A DNA stretch of 53,216 nucleotides from Candidatus Woesearchaeota archaeon (GCA_964612685.1 CAZTCF010000004.1:1-53216), one strand, 5' to 3'. Shown: positions 20,326 through 29,485, counted from the stretch's first letter. Translations and numbers: made by a program. The notes: generated by a model from the letters alone, not told the origin.

Positions 20326-21307
20326 TGAAACAAAAAGACAAATAATTGAGGGAAAAACTTTCTTAATCACCGGAGGTACAGGAAGTCTAGGACATCAGAT
20401 AGTTAAAGAAATGATAAAATACTCTCCAAAAAAAATAATAATCCTATCAAGAGATGAAGACAAGCAATATACCATGGCTAATGAACTTCCAAATCCTCTT
20501 ATTCAATTTGAACTTGGAGATATAAGGGACGAAAAAAGAATGAGAGAAGTTACAAAAAATGTAGATATAATTATTCATGCAGCAGCATTAAAACATGTCC
20601 CTCCATCAGAAAGAGAGCCTATGGAATTCATTAAAACTAATGTTCTCGGGGCAAATAACATAATAAATGCTGCAATATATAATGAAGTTCCAATTGTTAT
20701 CGGAGTTGGAACAGATAAAGCAGTTAAACCAATAAATGTATATGGTATGACTAAATCTCTTCAAGAAAAAATGATGATTGCTGCAAACAAAAAAAATAAG
20801 ACCAAATTTATTTGTGTAAGATACGGTAATGTAATAGGAAGCAGAGGCAGTGTAATTCCCTTTTTCAAAAAGAAAATATTAAATAATGAACCTTTAACTA
20901 TAACAAATCCAAACATGACAAGATTTTTATTGAGGCTAGAAGAAGCAATTAATTTAATATTCCATGCTATTGACAAGGGTGAAGGGGGAGAGATTTTTGT
21001 TAAAAAAATGCCTGCATGTAGAATGGATGACCTGGCTGAAGCTATGATTAAGGGGTTATCAAAAGAAAGTAATTATCCAACAAAAATTATTGGATTTAGA
21101 CCTGGTGAAAAAATACACGAAATATTAGTATCTGAAGATGAAATGAGAATAGCAAAAGAACTCGGAGATATGTTTATAATCCAAGATTATAGCCATGAAG
21201 AAAATTATTCCACTGCTGAAAAAATTGAAGAATATGGATCATATAACACTAAGAGATTAAATCAAGAAGAAATAATTGAATTGTTAAAGAAAGATGGATG
21301 GATTTAA
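20318..21307 (+). CDS. UDP-GlcNAc 4,6-dehydratase (PseB/FnlA/CapD family)
   Basis: TGGTGSLG, SRDEDKQ, HAAALKHVP, TDKA, YGMTK, RYGNVIGSRGSV. Confidence 0.93.
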   Translation: MDNETKRQIIEGKTFLITGGTGSLGHQIVKEMIKYSPKKIIILSRDEDKQYTMANELPNPLIQFELGDIRDEKRMREVTKNVDIIIHAAALKHVPPSEREPMEFIKTNVLGANNIINAAIYNEVPIVIGVGTDKAVKPINVYGMTKSLQEKMMIAANKKNKTKFICVRYGNVIGSRGSVIPFFKKKILNNEPLTITNPNMTRFLLRLEEAINLIFHAIDKGEGGEIFVKKMPACRMDDLAEAMIKGLSKESNYPTKIIGFRPGEKIHEILVSEDEMRIAKELGDMFIIQDYSHEENYSTAEKIEEYGSYNTKRLNQEEIIELLKKDGWI

Positions 21308-22094
21308 AACTATTGGTATAACTGGAGCAGGAGGGTTTATTGGGAAAGAGTTTTCAAAATATCTCTACGGTAAAAATCATAAACTAATTCTATTTTCTGA
21401 AGAGGAAATAATAGAAGACAGAAAAATAAAATATATAAAAAAAGACTTGAATAAATGCACTTACAAAGACTTTATTGGCATTGATGTCTTATTTCACTTT
21501 GCTGGTACTTCAATAAATGAGGGGGCTTTGGAAAAAAACTTTAAGTTAACTGAAATTACATTGAATAATTCTATTCAAGCGGGGGTTAAAAAATTCTTTC
21601 TAGCTTCTAGTTATGCTGTATATGGTCCTAGAAAAAATCCTGCTAAACCCCGGGATGAATTAATGCCTTTGGATGAATATTCGTTGAGCAAAATACTTTC
21701 AGAATATCTCTTGAAAAAAGAAATATTAGATAATTCTATAAAAGGTTCAATAATAAGAATATGTAGTATATATGGGGAAGAGGGAAAGGGGTTGATTAAT
21801 ATCTTAAGAGAAAAAATAAGAAATAGAGACAAAATAAATTTGGAGGGAGAATTTGAAAGACAATATCTTTATGTAAAGGATTTATGTAAAATATTTGATT
21901 TAATCTTATCAAAAGATAAGTGCAATCTAATCTATAATGTATCTGGTGAAAGAGTAAATACCAAAGAGATATATTCATTTTTGAAAAATAAAAAACTTGA
22001 TGTACAATTTATAAAAAAACAAAAAGCAAGTTATTTATGTGAAGGAATTGATATAGATAAACAAACGAATGTAAAAAAATTCTTAAGTAATTAA
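21294..22094 (+). CDS. NAD(P)-dependent sugar epimerase/reductase (extended SDR)
   Basis: GAGGFIG, SSYAVYG, YSLSK. Confidence 0.85.
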   Translation: MDGFKTIGITGAGGFIGKEFSKYLYGKNHKLILFSEEEIIEDRKIKYIKKDLNKCTYKDFIGIDVLFHFAGTSINEGALEKNFKLTEITLNNSIQAGVKKFFLASSYAVYGPRKNPAKPRDELMPLDEYSLSKILSEYLLKKEILDNSIKGSIIRICSIYGEEGKGLINILREKIRNRDKINLEGEFERQYLYVKDLCKIFDLILSKDKCNLIYNVSGERVNTKEIYSFLKNKKLDVQFIKKQKASYLCEGIDIDKQTNVKKFLSN

Positions 22095-22096
22095 AA

Positions 22097-22645
22097 ATGC
22101 CATTCGAATTTGAAAAAACTTCAATTGAAGGAGTATATCTCATAAAACCAAAAATATTTGGAGATGAAAGAGGATTCTTTTTAGAGACTTATAAAAAAGA
22201 TGAATTTGAGAAAGAAGGGATAACCGGGAATTTCGTCCAAGATAATCATTCAAAATCAAAAAAGGGGGTAATAAGAGCAATTCATTTACAAAAAGGGGAA
22301 CATGCTCAAGCAAAGATAGTTAGGTGTATAAAAGGAGCAATATGGGACATTGCAGTTGATTTAAGGAAAGATTCTCCCACTTTTGGGGAATATGTTGCAT
22401 TTGAGCTTAATGAAGAAAATAAATATATACTTTACATACCCCGAGGATGTGGACATGGATTTGCTGCATTAACTGAAGGAGTTGAGATGGAATATAAAAA
22501 TGATAATCTTTACAGCCCTGAAAATGAAACCGGAGTTGTATGGAACGATCCTGATTTAAAAATCCCCTGGCCAGTTGAAAATCCAATTGTTGCTGAAAAA
22601 GATAAAAGACTCCTATCCCTTAAAGAATTTAAAGAAAGATTATAA
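22097..22645 (+). CDS. rmlC: NDP-4-keto-6-deoxysugar 3,5-epimerase (RmlC family)
   Basis: DERGFF, QDNHSKS, RAIH, QAKIVRC, HGF, WNDP. Confidence 0.93.
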   Translation: MPFEFEKTSIEGVYLIKPKIFGDERGFFLETYKKDEFEKEGITGNFVQDNHSKSKKGVIRAIHLQKGEHAQAKIVRCIKGAIWDIAVDLRKDSPTFGEYVAFELNEENKYILYIPRGCGHGFAALTEGVEMEYKNDNLYSPENETGVVWNDPDLKIPWPVENPIVAEKDKRLLSLKEFKERL

Positions 22646-22661
22646 AAATAAACTTGAAAAA

Positions 22662-24194
22662 TTAATCGCCCATTCTTTTAAGTATATCACTGAACGCAGG
22701 TCTTGTTATGAATACTCCAACGCTTATTCCAATAAGTGTTGTTATTGCGAATCCTTTCAATAGTCCTGCTCCTGCCCATAAAAGAGGAAGTAACGAGACT
22801 AAAACTGTAAAGTAAGCCCCCATAATTATTGCAAATGCTCTCTTTAATCTCTGTTTAAGTGTGAGTGAAACTTTTGATCTAGATTCATCCAACAAAACAA
22901 CCTGATCGTCAAATCCAGTACCAATTGTAGCCAAAATACCTGCAATACTTGCCAAATCAAGATTCCATTTTATTAATGCAGCAATACCCAGAATTATTAT
23001 TACTTCTGAGAAACTTATGAATATAACTGTCAAAGATTGTTTGATATTTCTATATCTAACAAATATAACAATTGAAGATGCCAGGAGTGCAGCGATCCCT
23101 GCAAAGATTATATATTTCATAAAATCTTCTCCTAAAAGAGGGGAAATTGTATCTAGCTTAACAATTTCTAATTTGTAAGGAAGACTTCCTGTTATAAGAA
23201 TGGTTTGAAGGTTATGCATACTTTCTTCTGCTGCATTATATGCCTCTTCCTGAGTCTCTCCTGAGCCAGAACCAGAGATTGCTATCTGAGTTGTAACTTG
23301 CCCTTTAAGGTCCTTACTTATCAAAAGAGTTTCAACAAGATTATCATCTAAATATAAATCTAAAGGCTCTGAAAGATATTCTGGATTAGTTGCATTTATA
23401 GAAATTTTATTTGTTATGTCTGCGTGTCTTCTTGCCGCCTCTTCGCTTAAATAAATTGTAAATATAAATCTACAATAATACCCTCCTGAAGAATCTTGAT
23501 CACAAGATTGTATATACGAGCAAGTTGCATCATTTCTACAAACAGAAGCAACATCTCTATCCCCCCCGACAAACACTGTATTGTTCCCAATCTTCGCTTC
23601 GAATTTACCCTGGTCCTCAACCATTGCCTTTAAATCTTTAGGGGTTGCTCCAGCAATTTCTATAAGCATATATCTTTTTCCAGATAAATCTGAAACAGGA
23701 CTAACTTTTATATCTGAAAGTCCATAAACATTAAATCTATTTGAAGTGATTGTAACTAAATTATTTATCTCATCTGAGGAAAGTTCTCTATCTTGTGCCT
23801 GAACGAGTGCCCTTGCCCCTCCTGACAAATCTAAACCGGTCTTTATTCCGGTTTTAGGTATATCTGAAATAGTTATATTTGGAGCATATTTAGTAAATAA
23901 AACAATATCTGATTCCGTAGTTGTTATCACTACCTTAATCTCCTCTTCAGAAGGAAATTTAGCTAAAATATAACTCGAGAAATCTTCGATACTCTCAATT
24001 GGTTTTCCATCAATAGAGGTAATTATTTGTCCCTGTCTTAAACCATACTCAAATGAACTTGAGTTCTGTTCTACACTTGTTATTAAAACCCCTTTTTGGA
24101 ATAATGTAAATCCATTTGAAGAGATAAAAATAGACATAAGAGATAGAACTAAAACAATTATGAATATCCATATCCTGGCACTTAACTTCTTCAT
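22662..24194 (-). CDS. secD: Preprotein translocase SecD with PDZ-like insert
   Basis: GLDLSGG, GSLP, GTGFDDQ, LKGFA. Confidence 0.93.
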   Translation of the reverse strand: MKKLSARIWIFIIVLVLSLMSIFISSNGFTLFQKGVLITSVEQNSSSFEYGLRQGQIITSIDGKPIESIEDFSSYILAKFPSEEEIKVVITTTESDIVLFTKYAPNITISDIPKTGIKTGLDLSGGARALVQAQDRELSSDEINNLVTITSNRFNVYGLSDIKVSPVSDLSGKRYMLIEIAGATPKDLKAMVEDQGKFEAKIGNNTVFVGGDRDVASVCRNDATCSYIQSCDQDSSGGYYCRFIFTIYLSEEAARRHADITNKISINATNPEYLSEPLDLYLDDNLVETLLISKDLKGQVTTQIAISGSGSGETQEEAYNAAEESMHNLQTILITGSLPYKLEIVKLDTISPLLGEDFMKYIIFAGIAALLASSIVIFVRYRNIKQSLTVIFISFSEVIIILGIAALIKWNLDLASIAGILATIGTGFDDQVVLLDESRSKVSLTLKQRLKRAFAIIMGAYFTVLVSLLPLLWAGAGLLKGFAITTLIGISVGVFITRPAFSDILKRMGD

Positions 24195-25087
24195 CTTCTA
24201 TTCTCCTTTGATTTAATGTACCATTTAAGTATTGAAGCGTTTGTTATCCAGGTGTTGAATATATCAAAAAATAATCCTATTAAAAGAACTGTGAATATTT
24301 GTGTTAAAGTGACTGAAAAAGACTTTACAACGAGGAATGCTACTCCCACTGCAACTATAGATGTTAATGTCATTGTTAGACCCGTTTTTAATGCTCCACT
24401 TAACCTTTCATTGATGGAACCTTCATGCCGTTTAAGAACCCTATTTGTAAGAAGAATATCTGTGTCAACAGAATAACCTATAAGCATCAACAATGAAATA
24501 ATCCCTGCGCTTGACATTTTAACTCCTAATAAATTTAATGTTACTAATGTCATCAATATATCTGCAAATGCTGCAAGAACAACTGCTGCAGAAGGAACAA
24601 AATTTCTAAAGATTATAAAAACTACTATTGCCATAAAAATAAAAGAAACTAGAATTGCGATTAAAAGTTGTCTGTAAAAAGATTCACTAAGAGAAGAACC
24701 TGTAAATTCAAAACTGCTGTTTTCATCTCCTAATTCATAACCCAAATAATCCTCCAAGAAAATCTTGGTTTCTTCAACTTCAGCGGTTGTTTCAATGGTA
24801 ACTGCAATTTGCTCCCCTGTAATTAAATCGGAAACCTCCCTAACATTAACTTCTCCAAATTCTTGTACTAATGCTTCTTTTAAGGCTGAAATATCCACAC
24901 TGGCGTAAACTGTTGCTGAAGTTCCTCCCTTAAGAGAGATATCTTTCAAGAAAAAATCATCGTGTTGTGAATAAAAAATTCCCATGTAAATAAAGGAGAA
25001 CACAATTAATACTAAAGGGATTAACAATAATTTCTTGTAATACCTATCATGCCAGTGTTGTTTATGTTTTTCTTGTTGTCCTTCCAT
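24191..25087 (-). CDS. secF: Preprotein translocase SecF
   Basis: ISLKGG, GYSVDTDILL, TGLTMT. Confidence 0.93.
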   Translation of the reverse strand: MEGQQEKHKQHWHDRYYKKLLLIPLVLIVFSFIYMGIFYSQHDDFFLKDISLKGGTSATVYASVDISALKEALVQEFGEVNVREVSDLITGEQIAVTIETTAEVEETKIFLEDYLGYELGDENSSFEFTGSSLSESFYRQLLIAILVSFIFMAIVVFIIFRNFVPSAAVVLAAFADILMTLVTLNLLGVKMSSAGIISLLMLIGYSVDTDILLTNRVLKRHEGSINERLSGALKTGLTMTLTSIVAVGVAFLVVKSFSVTLTQIFTVLLIGLFFDIFNTWITNASILKWYIKSKENRR

Positions 25088-25104
25088 ATATTCTCCGTAT
25101 TCAA

Positions 25105-25175
25105 TGCGCGAGCCGGGATTCGAACCCGGGTCATCTGGTTGGAGGCCAGAGATTCTGCCGCTGAACTACCCACGC
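25105..25175 (-). tRNA. tRNA-Gly(UCC), with atypical C33
   Basis: Cloverleaf read on minus strand: GCGTGGG/CTCGCGC acceptor, TCTGG-CCTCCAA-CCAGA anticodon arm, TTCGAAT T-loop. No encoded CCA. Confidence 0.9.
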
Positions 25176-25268
25176 ATAAAATAAATACTAAATTGGTGGT
25201 TTTAAAGGTTTTTGATACTTGAAAAAACGTAGAAACAGATTTATTAACTAAAAAATATAATTCAACAA

Positions 25269-25754
25269 ATGAAAAAATTGAAAAAATTCCTTATAATTGA
25301 AATAACAATACTCCTTGTTATGATCCTAATAACGATTATTGAAAAAACTAATTTTAAAATATTCAAGGAGATCTTCACAATTATACAATCTCCTTTATCG
25401 TGGTTTGTTGGAATCAGTACTTCATATACATTCTCTAATGCGCTCCAGGTTGGATTCTTCACCTTGTTTTCAAAGAAAACAAAACAAGAAGGGAAAGAAA
25501 AGGGGGATTTTTTTGCTGGATTTTTAGTTACTTTGATAATAACGGCTTTTACAGCTCCCCATCTATACAAATGGGCGGGATATTTTTTCACTGAATTCTT
25601 TGTATATTTCCATGTTATAGCACTACAATCGATTGTCCTTATATACTTTCTTTTTAAGATGAGGGGGCATTATAGAATATCTTGGAGTTATCTGCTGACA
25701 ACAGAAGCAATAGTAATCTTATTCTGGTGGATTATCAAATATCTTTTGCATTAA
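25269..25754 (+). CDS. Hypothetical multi-pass membrane protein
   Basis: 161 aa, 4-5 hydrophobic segments, TATA-like element upstream. Confidence 0.7.
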   Translation: MKKLKKFLIIEITILLVMILITIIEKTNFKIFKEIFTIIQSPLSWFVGISTSYTFSNALQVGFFTLFSKKTKQEGKEKGDFFAGFLVTLIITAFTAPHLYKWAGYFFTEFFVYFHVIALQSIVLIYFLFKMRGHYRISWSYLLTTEAIVILFWWIIKYLLH

Positions 25755-25763
25755 TAAAAATTA

Positions 25764-25838
25764 TGCGCTCGGAAGGATTTGAACCTTCGACTCCCTCCTT
25801 AGGACGGAGGTACTCTATCCAGGCTGAGTTACGAACGC
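25764..25838 (-). tRNA. tRNA-Arg(CCU), with atypical G32
   Basis: GCGTTCG/CGAGCGC acceptor, CCTCC-GTCCTAA-GGAGG anticodon arm, A20 in D-loop. Confidence 0.9.
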
Positions 25839-25840
25839 AA

Positions 25841-25924
25841 TGCGGATGAAAGGGTTCGAACCTTTGCAAGCACTGAGCTACGAGAGCCTTAATCTCGCCC
25901 GTTTGACCACTCCGGCACATCCGC
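25841..25924 (-). tRNA. tRNA-Leu(AAG)
   Basis: GCGGATG/CATCCGC acceptor, CGAGA-TTAAGGC-TCTCG anticodon arm, long variable arm. Aligns gap-free with tRNA-Leu(CAA) at 41596. Confidence 0.88.
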
Positions 25925-25960
25925 GAAATCTTTCTAAAAAATCAAGAAATCGAGCATATA

Positions 25961-25975
25961 AAAAGGTTTATAAAT
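25961..25975 (+). promoter_or_regulatory. BRE/TATA promoter of 5S rRNA, overlapping a divergent TATA for the tRNA pair
   Basis: AAAAGGTTTATAAAT about 22 nt before the 5S start; TTTTTATAT on the minus strand toward tRNA-Leu. Confidence 0.6.
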
Positions 25976-25996
25976 CCAAAAGATGAGATAATTTTG

Positions 25997-26106
25997 AGAC
26001 GGCCATAATAGGTTGGTAACACCTGTTCCCTTTCCGAACACAGAAGTTAAGCAATCTATGTTGTTATCGGTACTGTCCGGAAAGATGGGAAAATAGCAAG
26101 CTGTCT
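25997..26106 (+). rRNA. rrf: 5S rRNA (stand-alone)
   Basis: Terminal helix AGACGGC/GCTGTCT, conserved CCCTTTCCGAACACAGAAGTTAAG, downstream T-tract. Confidence 0.9.
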
Positions 26107-26142
26107 TAACTTTTTTTTAAAATTTAATAATTACTTAAAAAA

Positions 26143-27183
26143 TTATTCTATCACTTTATACCCTTTCATCTCTAACACCTTTCTAACAGAATCGTCTATT
26201 GATTTTTGAGAAAGATTTCCTTTTAAGACTGCTTTTTTTAATTCGTCTCTTCTTTTTAATAAACTTTTATAACCTGAACTTATATGAGTATCTAAAATCA
26301 TATCATTTCCAGCAAGAATTAAATCTGGATAAGCTTTCTTAAAATTAAATAAATAAGAAATCCTTAATCCCATCATCGTTACAGCATCTGTAATAATTAT
26401 GCCATCAAATTTTTCCTTTAATGGCTTAATAACCTCAGGAGAGATTGATGATTGTTTACCTTTTGAATCAATTGCACCGTAAACAATAGGGTGTCCCACC
26501 ATAACAAAATCTGCTTTTTCTGAAATTGCGAAGTTGAAATAATCTAATTCTTCTTGAGAGATATTTGTTTTATACTTAAACAAGTGGGGATTTCTAACCA
26601 TGCTTCCTCCTGGATAATGTTTAGCGGTTGCTAAAATACTTTGGTTATGAAGTCCTTTAATATAATTTGAAATTTTTTCTTTAATTTCATCTGGAGTTCC
26701 AGTAAATGTTCTCCAGGGCCAAACAGTGTTTTTGGTTTCTACAATTGGGGAAAAATCAAGGTTAAATCCTAATTCTTTCAATATTTTACCATGCTCTTTT
26801 CCTAAATTATAGGCTTCTTCCCCAGATGTAATATCTCCAAATGAAGGGGAGTTGTAAAAATTAGAAAAGGGGTTCCAGTATCCCTCCATATCTGTTGAAA
26901 CAAAAAGTTTTATATTTGAATTATCTTGATAAAAAGAAATAGTATTTTGATACTCTTCCTTTGATTTTAAATCGTTAAGAAAAATTCCTCCGATATGTAG
27001 CTCGTTTAGATATCTCTCATCCAACCCGATAGGTTTAACAAACATTAACTGCCCTATCTTCTCTTCTAAGCTTAAGTTTGAAATATTTATTGTTTTATCC
27101 ATTTCAAATTCATAAGCAGAGGTAAACAAAGTTAATAAAATTGTGGGTAAAAATAAGCAAATTATTAATTTAACGCCTCTCAT
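26143..27183 (-). CDS. Secreted glycoside hydrolase family 3 (NagZ-like beta-N-acetylhexosaminidase domain)
   Basis: N-terminal signal peptide; STDMEG, NLDFSPIV, KHYPG, MVGH, IITDA (nucleophile Asp). Confidence 0.85.
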   Translation of the reverse strand: MRGVKLIICLFLPTILLTLFTSAYEFEMDKTINISNLSLEEKIGQLMFVKPIGLDERYLNELHIGGIFLNDLKSKEEYQNTISFYQDNSNIKLFVSTDMEGYWNPFSNFYNSPSFGDITSGEEAYNLGKEHGKILKELGFNLDFSPIVETKNTVWPWRTFTGTPDEIKEKISNYIKGLHNQSILATAKHYPGGSMVRNPHLFKYKTNISQEELDYFNFAISEKADFVMVGHPIVYGAIDSKGKQSSISPEVIKPLKEKFDGIIITDAVTMMGLRISYLFNFKKAYPDLILAGNDMILDTHISSGYKSLLKRRDELKKAVLKGNLSQKSIDDSVRKVLEMKGYKVIE

Positions 27184-27381
27184 TTAAGATTTCTTGAACT
27201 TTGCAACCAGCTCTAACTGGTCTTCTTGTCCTAAGAAAATTGCTCTGCAACAGAACCTTTCAAGTCCAAGTTCATCTAAAACTTTCTTTGAACTTTCTCC
27301 CTGAGCTACTCGTTTTTTGTATTCTTCCCATAAGTGACCAATAGGTTTACCACAGGAAAAACATCTAACTGGAATTATCAT
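27184..27381 (-). CDS. rpoN: RNA polymerase subunit Rpo10 (N)
   Basis: MIIPVRCFSCGK...RFCCR. Confidence 0.97.
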   Translation of the reverse strand: MIIPVRCFSCGKPIGHLWEEYKKRVAQGESSKKVLDELGLERFCCRAIFLGQEDQLELVAKFKKS

Positions 27382-27532
27382 ATAATTAATGCTGAAAGAT
27401 TATTTTTAAAGCTTACTATCTGAGATTTTAACTAAAAATATGAATAAACATAAAAAAAGAGTATAAATAATTACACAAAAATTTAAAAACTAATTTCTAT
27501 TAAAAAAATGATTAGGATAAAAGAGAGGAAAA

Positions 27533-27751
27533 ATGACAAAAAAATGTATCTATTGCAAGGGAGATATTACTGACGATAGGGCGCTTGATGTTTGTAATAG
27601 ATGCGGAGTTGGTGTCTGGGGTGAAAAAATGTTTAATGCGATTCTGAAAAATATGGGAGAGGCAAATGACAAAGGAGATTTGTGTAACTCTAACATTGCT
27701 ATGAGTGAACCTCCAACAAAAATAGGCAATTCTAGAATAAGTTTTATGTAA
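27533..27751 (+). CDS. Small CxxC...CxxC zinc-binding protein
   Basis: CIYC...CNRC, GAGGA upstream. Confidence 0.7.
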   Translation: MTKKCIYCKGDITDDRALDVCNRCGVGVWGEKMFNAILKNMGEANDKGDLCNSNIAMSEPPTKIGNSRISFM

Positions 27752-27788
27752 TGGATAGTTTTTTAAATGGAATTTTTCTGGGTATGAT

Positions 27789-28049
27789 ATGGCAGTTAGA
27801 AAATCTATAAGGACAAGGGGAAAACTTCAATTTAGTAGATACTTTCAGGATTTAAAAAAGGGGGATTCGGTTACAGTTGTTGCTGAAAAGTCATTAAATC
27901 CGACTTTTCCAAAAAGACTTCAGGGAAGAACAGGAAAGATTGAAAAGAAGATTGGAAGAAGCTACTGTGTAAAAATAAAAGACCAGACAAAGGAAAAAGA
28001 ATTTATAATCTCTCCAATACACTTAAAAAAGATAAAATATAAGGAATAA
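27789..28049 (+). CDS. rpl21e: 50S ribosomal protein L21e
   Basis: RTRGK, QGRTGK, PIHLKK. Confidence 0.95.
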   Translation: MAVRKSIRTRGKLQFSRYFQDLKKGDSVTVVAEKSLNPTFPKRLQGRTGKIEKKIGRSYCVKIKDQTKEKEFIISPIHLKKIKYKE

Positions 28050-28050
28050 A

Positions 28051-28356
28051 ATGATAAGAAATACAACTCCCTTAAGTATGGCAGAATCGTTGGAATATAT
28101 AGAAAAGGATAAAAGAACCGAAAAACCTGCTGCAGATTTCATAAAAAAGTTTGTAAAGATAACTCCAAAGGAAGCTAAAGAGCTCAGAAAAAAGTTAGAA
28201 GGTTTGAATAATATCAAAATGAATGACATCACAATTACCAAGTTAATTGACGTTCTCCCCGAAAGAGCTGAGGAGGTTAATAAGATATTTATTGATGTCA
28301 GCTTAGATGAGAATGAAACAAAAAGCATACTTGATACAATTAAAGAATTTAAATAA
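28051..28356 (+). CDS. rpoF: RNA polymerase subunit Rpo4 (F)
   Basis: KLIDVLP; conserved position between L21e and DUF655. Confidence 0.88.
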   Translation: MIRNTTPLSMAESLEYIEKDKRTEKPAADFIKKFVKITPKEAKELRKKLEGLNNIKMNDITITKLIDVLPERAEEVNKIFIDVSLDENETKSILDTIKEFK

Positions 28357-28361
28357 AGAAA

Positions 28362-28904
28362 ATGGAAAAAGAAGAAAATGCAATAATCTTAGAATATCTT
28401 CCGAATGGATATCCTTTAGAGAAGAAAATGATGCCTATAGCACAAGCTATAGGAGAGAAGACTTTAGTACTTCTTGAGCTTGTACCAAGAAGAGGGGTCG
28501 ATTTAAAGATTGGCGAGAGGGTTTACATTGGGGAAGGAAAACGAGATAAGGTTTACTATATTCTTGGAAGATTACATAGAGAAAAATTAACTGAAACCGC
28601 AAAACACCAATTAGGAGAATTTATAAAGCAAATTGTTAAAGAAAGAGAGAAAGAATTTGTGGAATTTTTCAACAAATCTGATGCAATAAACAAAAGAATA
28701 CATCAGATAGAGATGCTTCCAGGTTTGGGAAAGAAACACATGCAAGAGATACTAAAACAAAGAAAAGAAATGGAATTCGAATCTTTTCAAGATATGAAAA
28801 AAAGAATACAAAACCTTCCAGATCCTGAGAAAGCCGTTGAAAAAAGAATATTCCAAGAATTAACAAACATAGAAAGATATAATCTTTTCACAAACAAGTC
28901 ATAA
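28362..28904 (+). CDS. DUF655 putative RNA-binding protein
   Basis: AQAIGE..LLEL, HQIEMLPGLGKK, FESFQD. Confidence 0.93.
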   Translation: MEKEENAIILEYLPNGYPLEKKMMPIAQAIGEKTLVLLELVPRRGVDLKIGERVYIGEGKRDKVYYILGRLHREKLTETAKHQLGEFIKQIVKEREKEFVEFFNKSDAINKRIHQIEMLPGLGKKHMQEILKQRKEMEFESFQDMKKRIQNLPDPEKAVEKRIFQELTNIERYNLFTNKS

Positions 28905-28905
28905 G

Positions 28906-29445
28906 ATGGCAGAGAATATTAAAGTTCAAAACAAAAAACCAGAGTATGTAAAACCTCAAGAAAAACGAGAAGAAAGATTAGTTAGAATTCTCTCAAAAGA
29001 TATCGAAGGAAAGATGAAGGTTTATCCAGGATTGACTAAAATAAAGGGAGTGTCTTGGACATTTTCAAATGCTGTTTGTAAAACATTGAAAATTGATAAG
29101 AATAAAACAATAGGTTCTCTTACCGAAGAAGAAATACAAGCTATATCTAATTTTATAAAAAATCCAAAATTGCCAATACATATAATGAACAGAAGAAGAG
29201 ATATTGAAACTGGAGATGAAAAGCATCTTACAGGTACAGACTTAGACTTAAGAAAAGACTTCGATATAAAGAAATTGAAGAAGATAAAGAGTTATAGAGG
29301 ACTAAGACATACATCTGGACTTCCTTCAAGAGGACAGAGAACTAAAGCGCACTTTAGATCAAATAGAAAGAAAGGTTCAGGAATTAAAAAGAAAAATACA
29401 GAAGGGGCTGCTAAAGCAAAAAATTTTGCAGGGATGAAGAAATGA
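28906..29445 (+). CDS. rps13: 30S ribosomal protein S13
   Basis: TKIKGV, NRRRDIETG, SYRGLRH..GLPSRGQRT. Confidence 0.97.
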   Translation: MAENIKVQNKKPEYVKPQEKREERLVRILSKDIEGKMKVYPGLTKIKGVSWTFSNAVCKTLKIDKNKTIGSLTEEEIQAISNFIKNPKLPIHIMNRRRDIETGDEKHLTGTDLDLRKDFDIKKLKKIKSYRGLRHTSGLPSRGQRTKAHFRSNRKKGSGIKKKNTEGAAKAKNFAGMKK

Positions 29446-29485
29446 AAATAAAAATTTTAAGTTCAATTGAAAGGAGAAATTTCAA

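Noticed and set aside
22662-25087. secDF as a dedicated fibre secretion system
   Set aside because: Ordinary archaeal housekeeping pair, far from the surface-protein operon.
25105-25175. Reading the tRNA as Trp(CCA) to restore U33
   Set aside because: Shifting the loop destroys the TCTGG/CCAGA stem; the GCG acceptor start and 4-nt variable loop fit Gly.
25735-25920. 61-aa ORF
   Set aside because: It is a translation of the two tRNA genes.
25841-25924. Reading the anticodon as TAA
   Set aside because: It needs a 1-nt register shift that breaks the CGAGA/TCTCG stem and the gap-free alignment with Leu(CAA).
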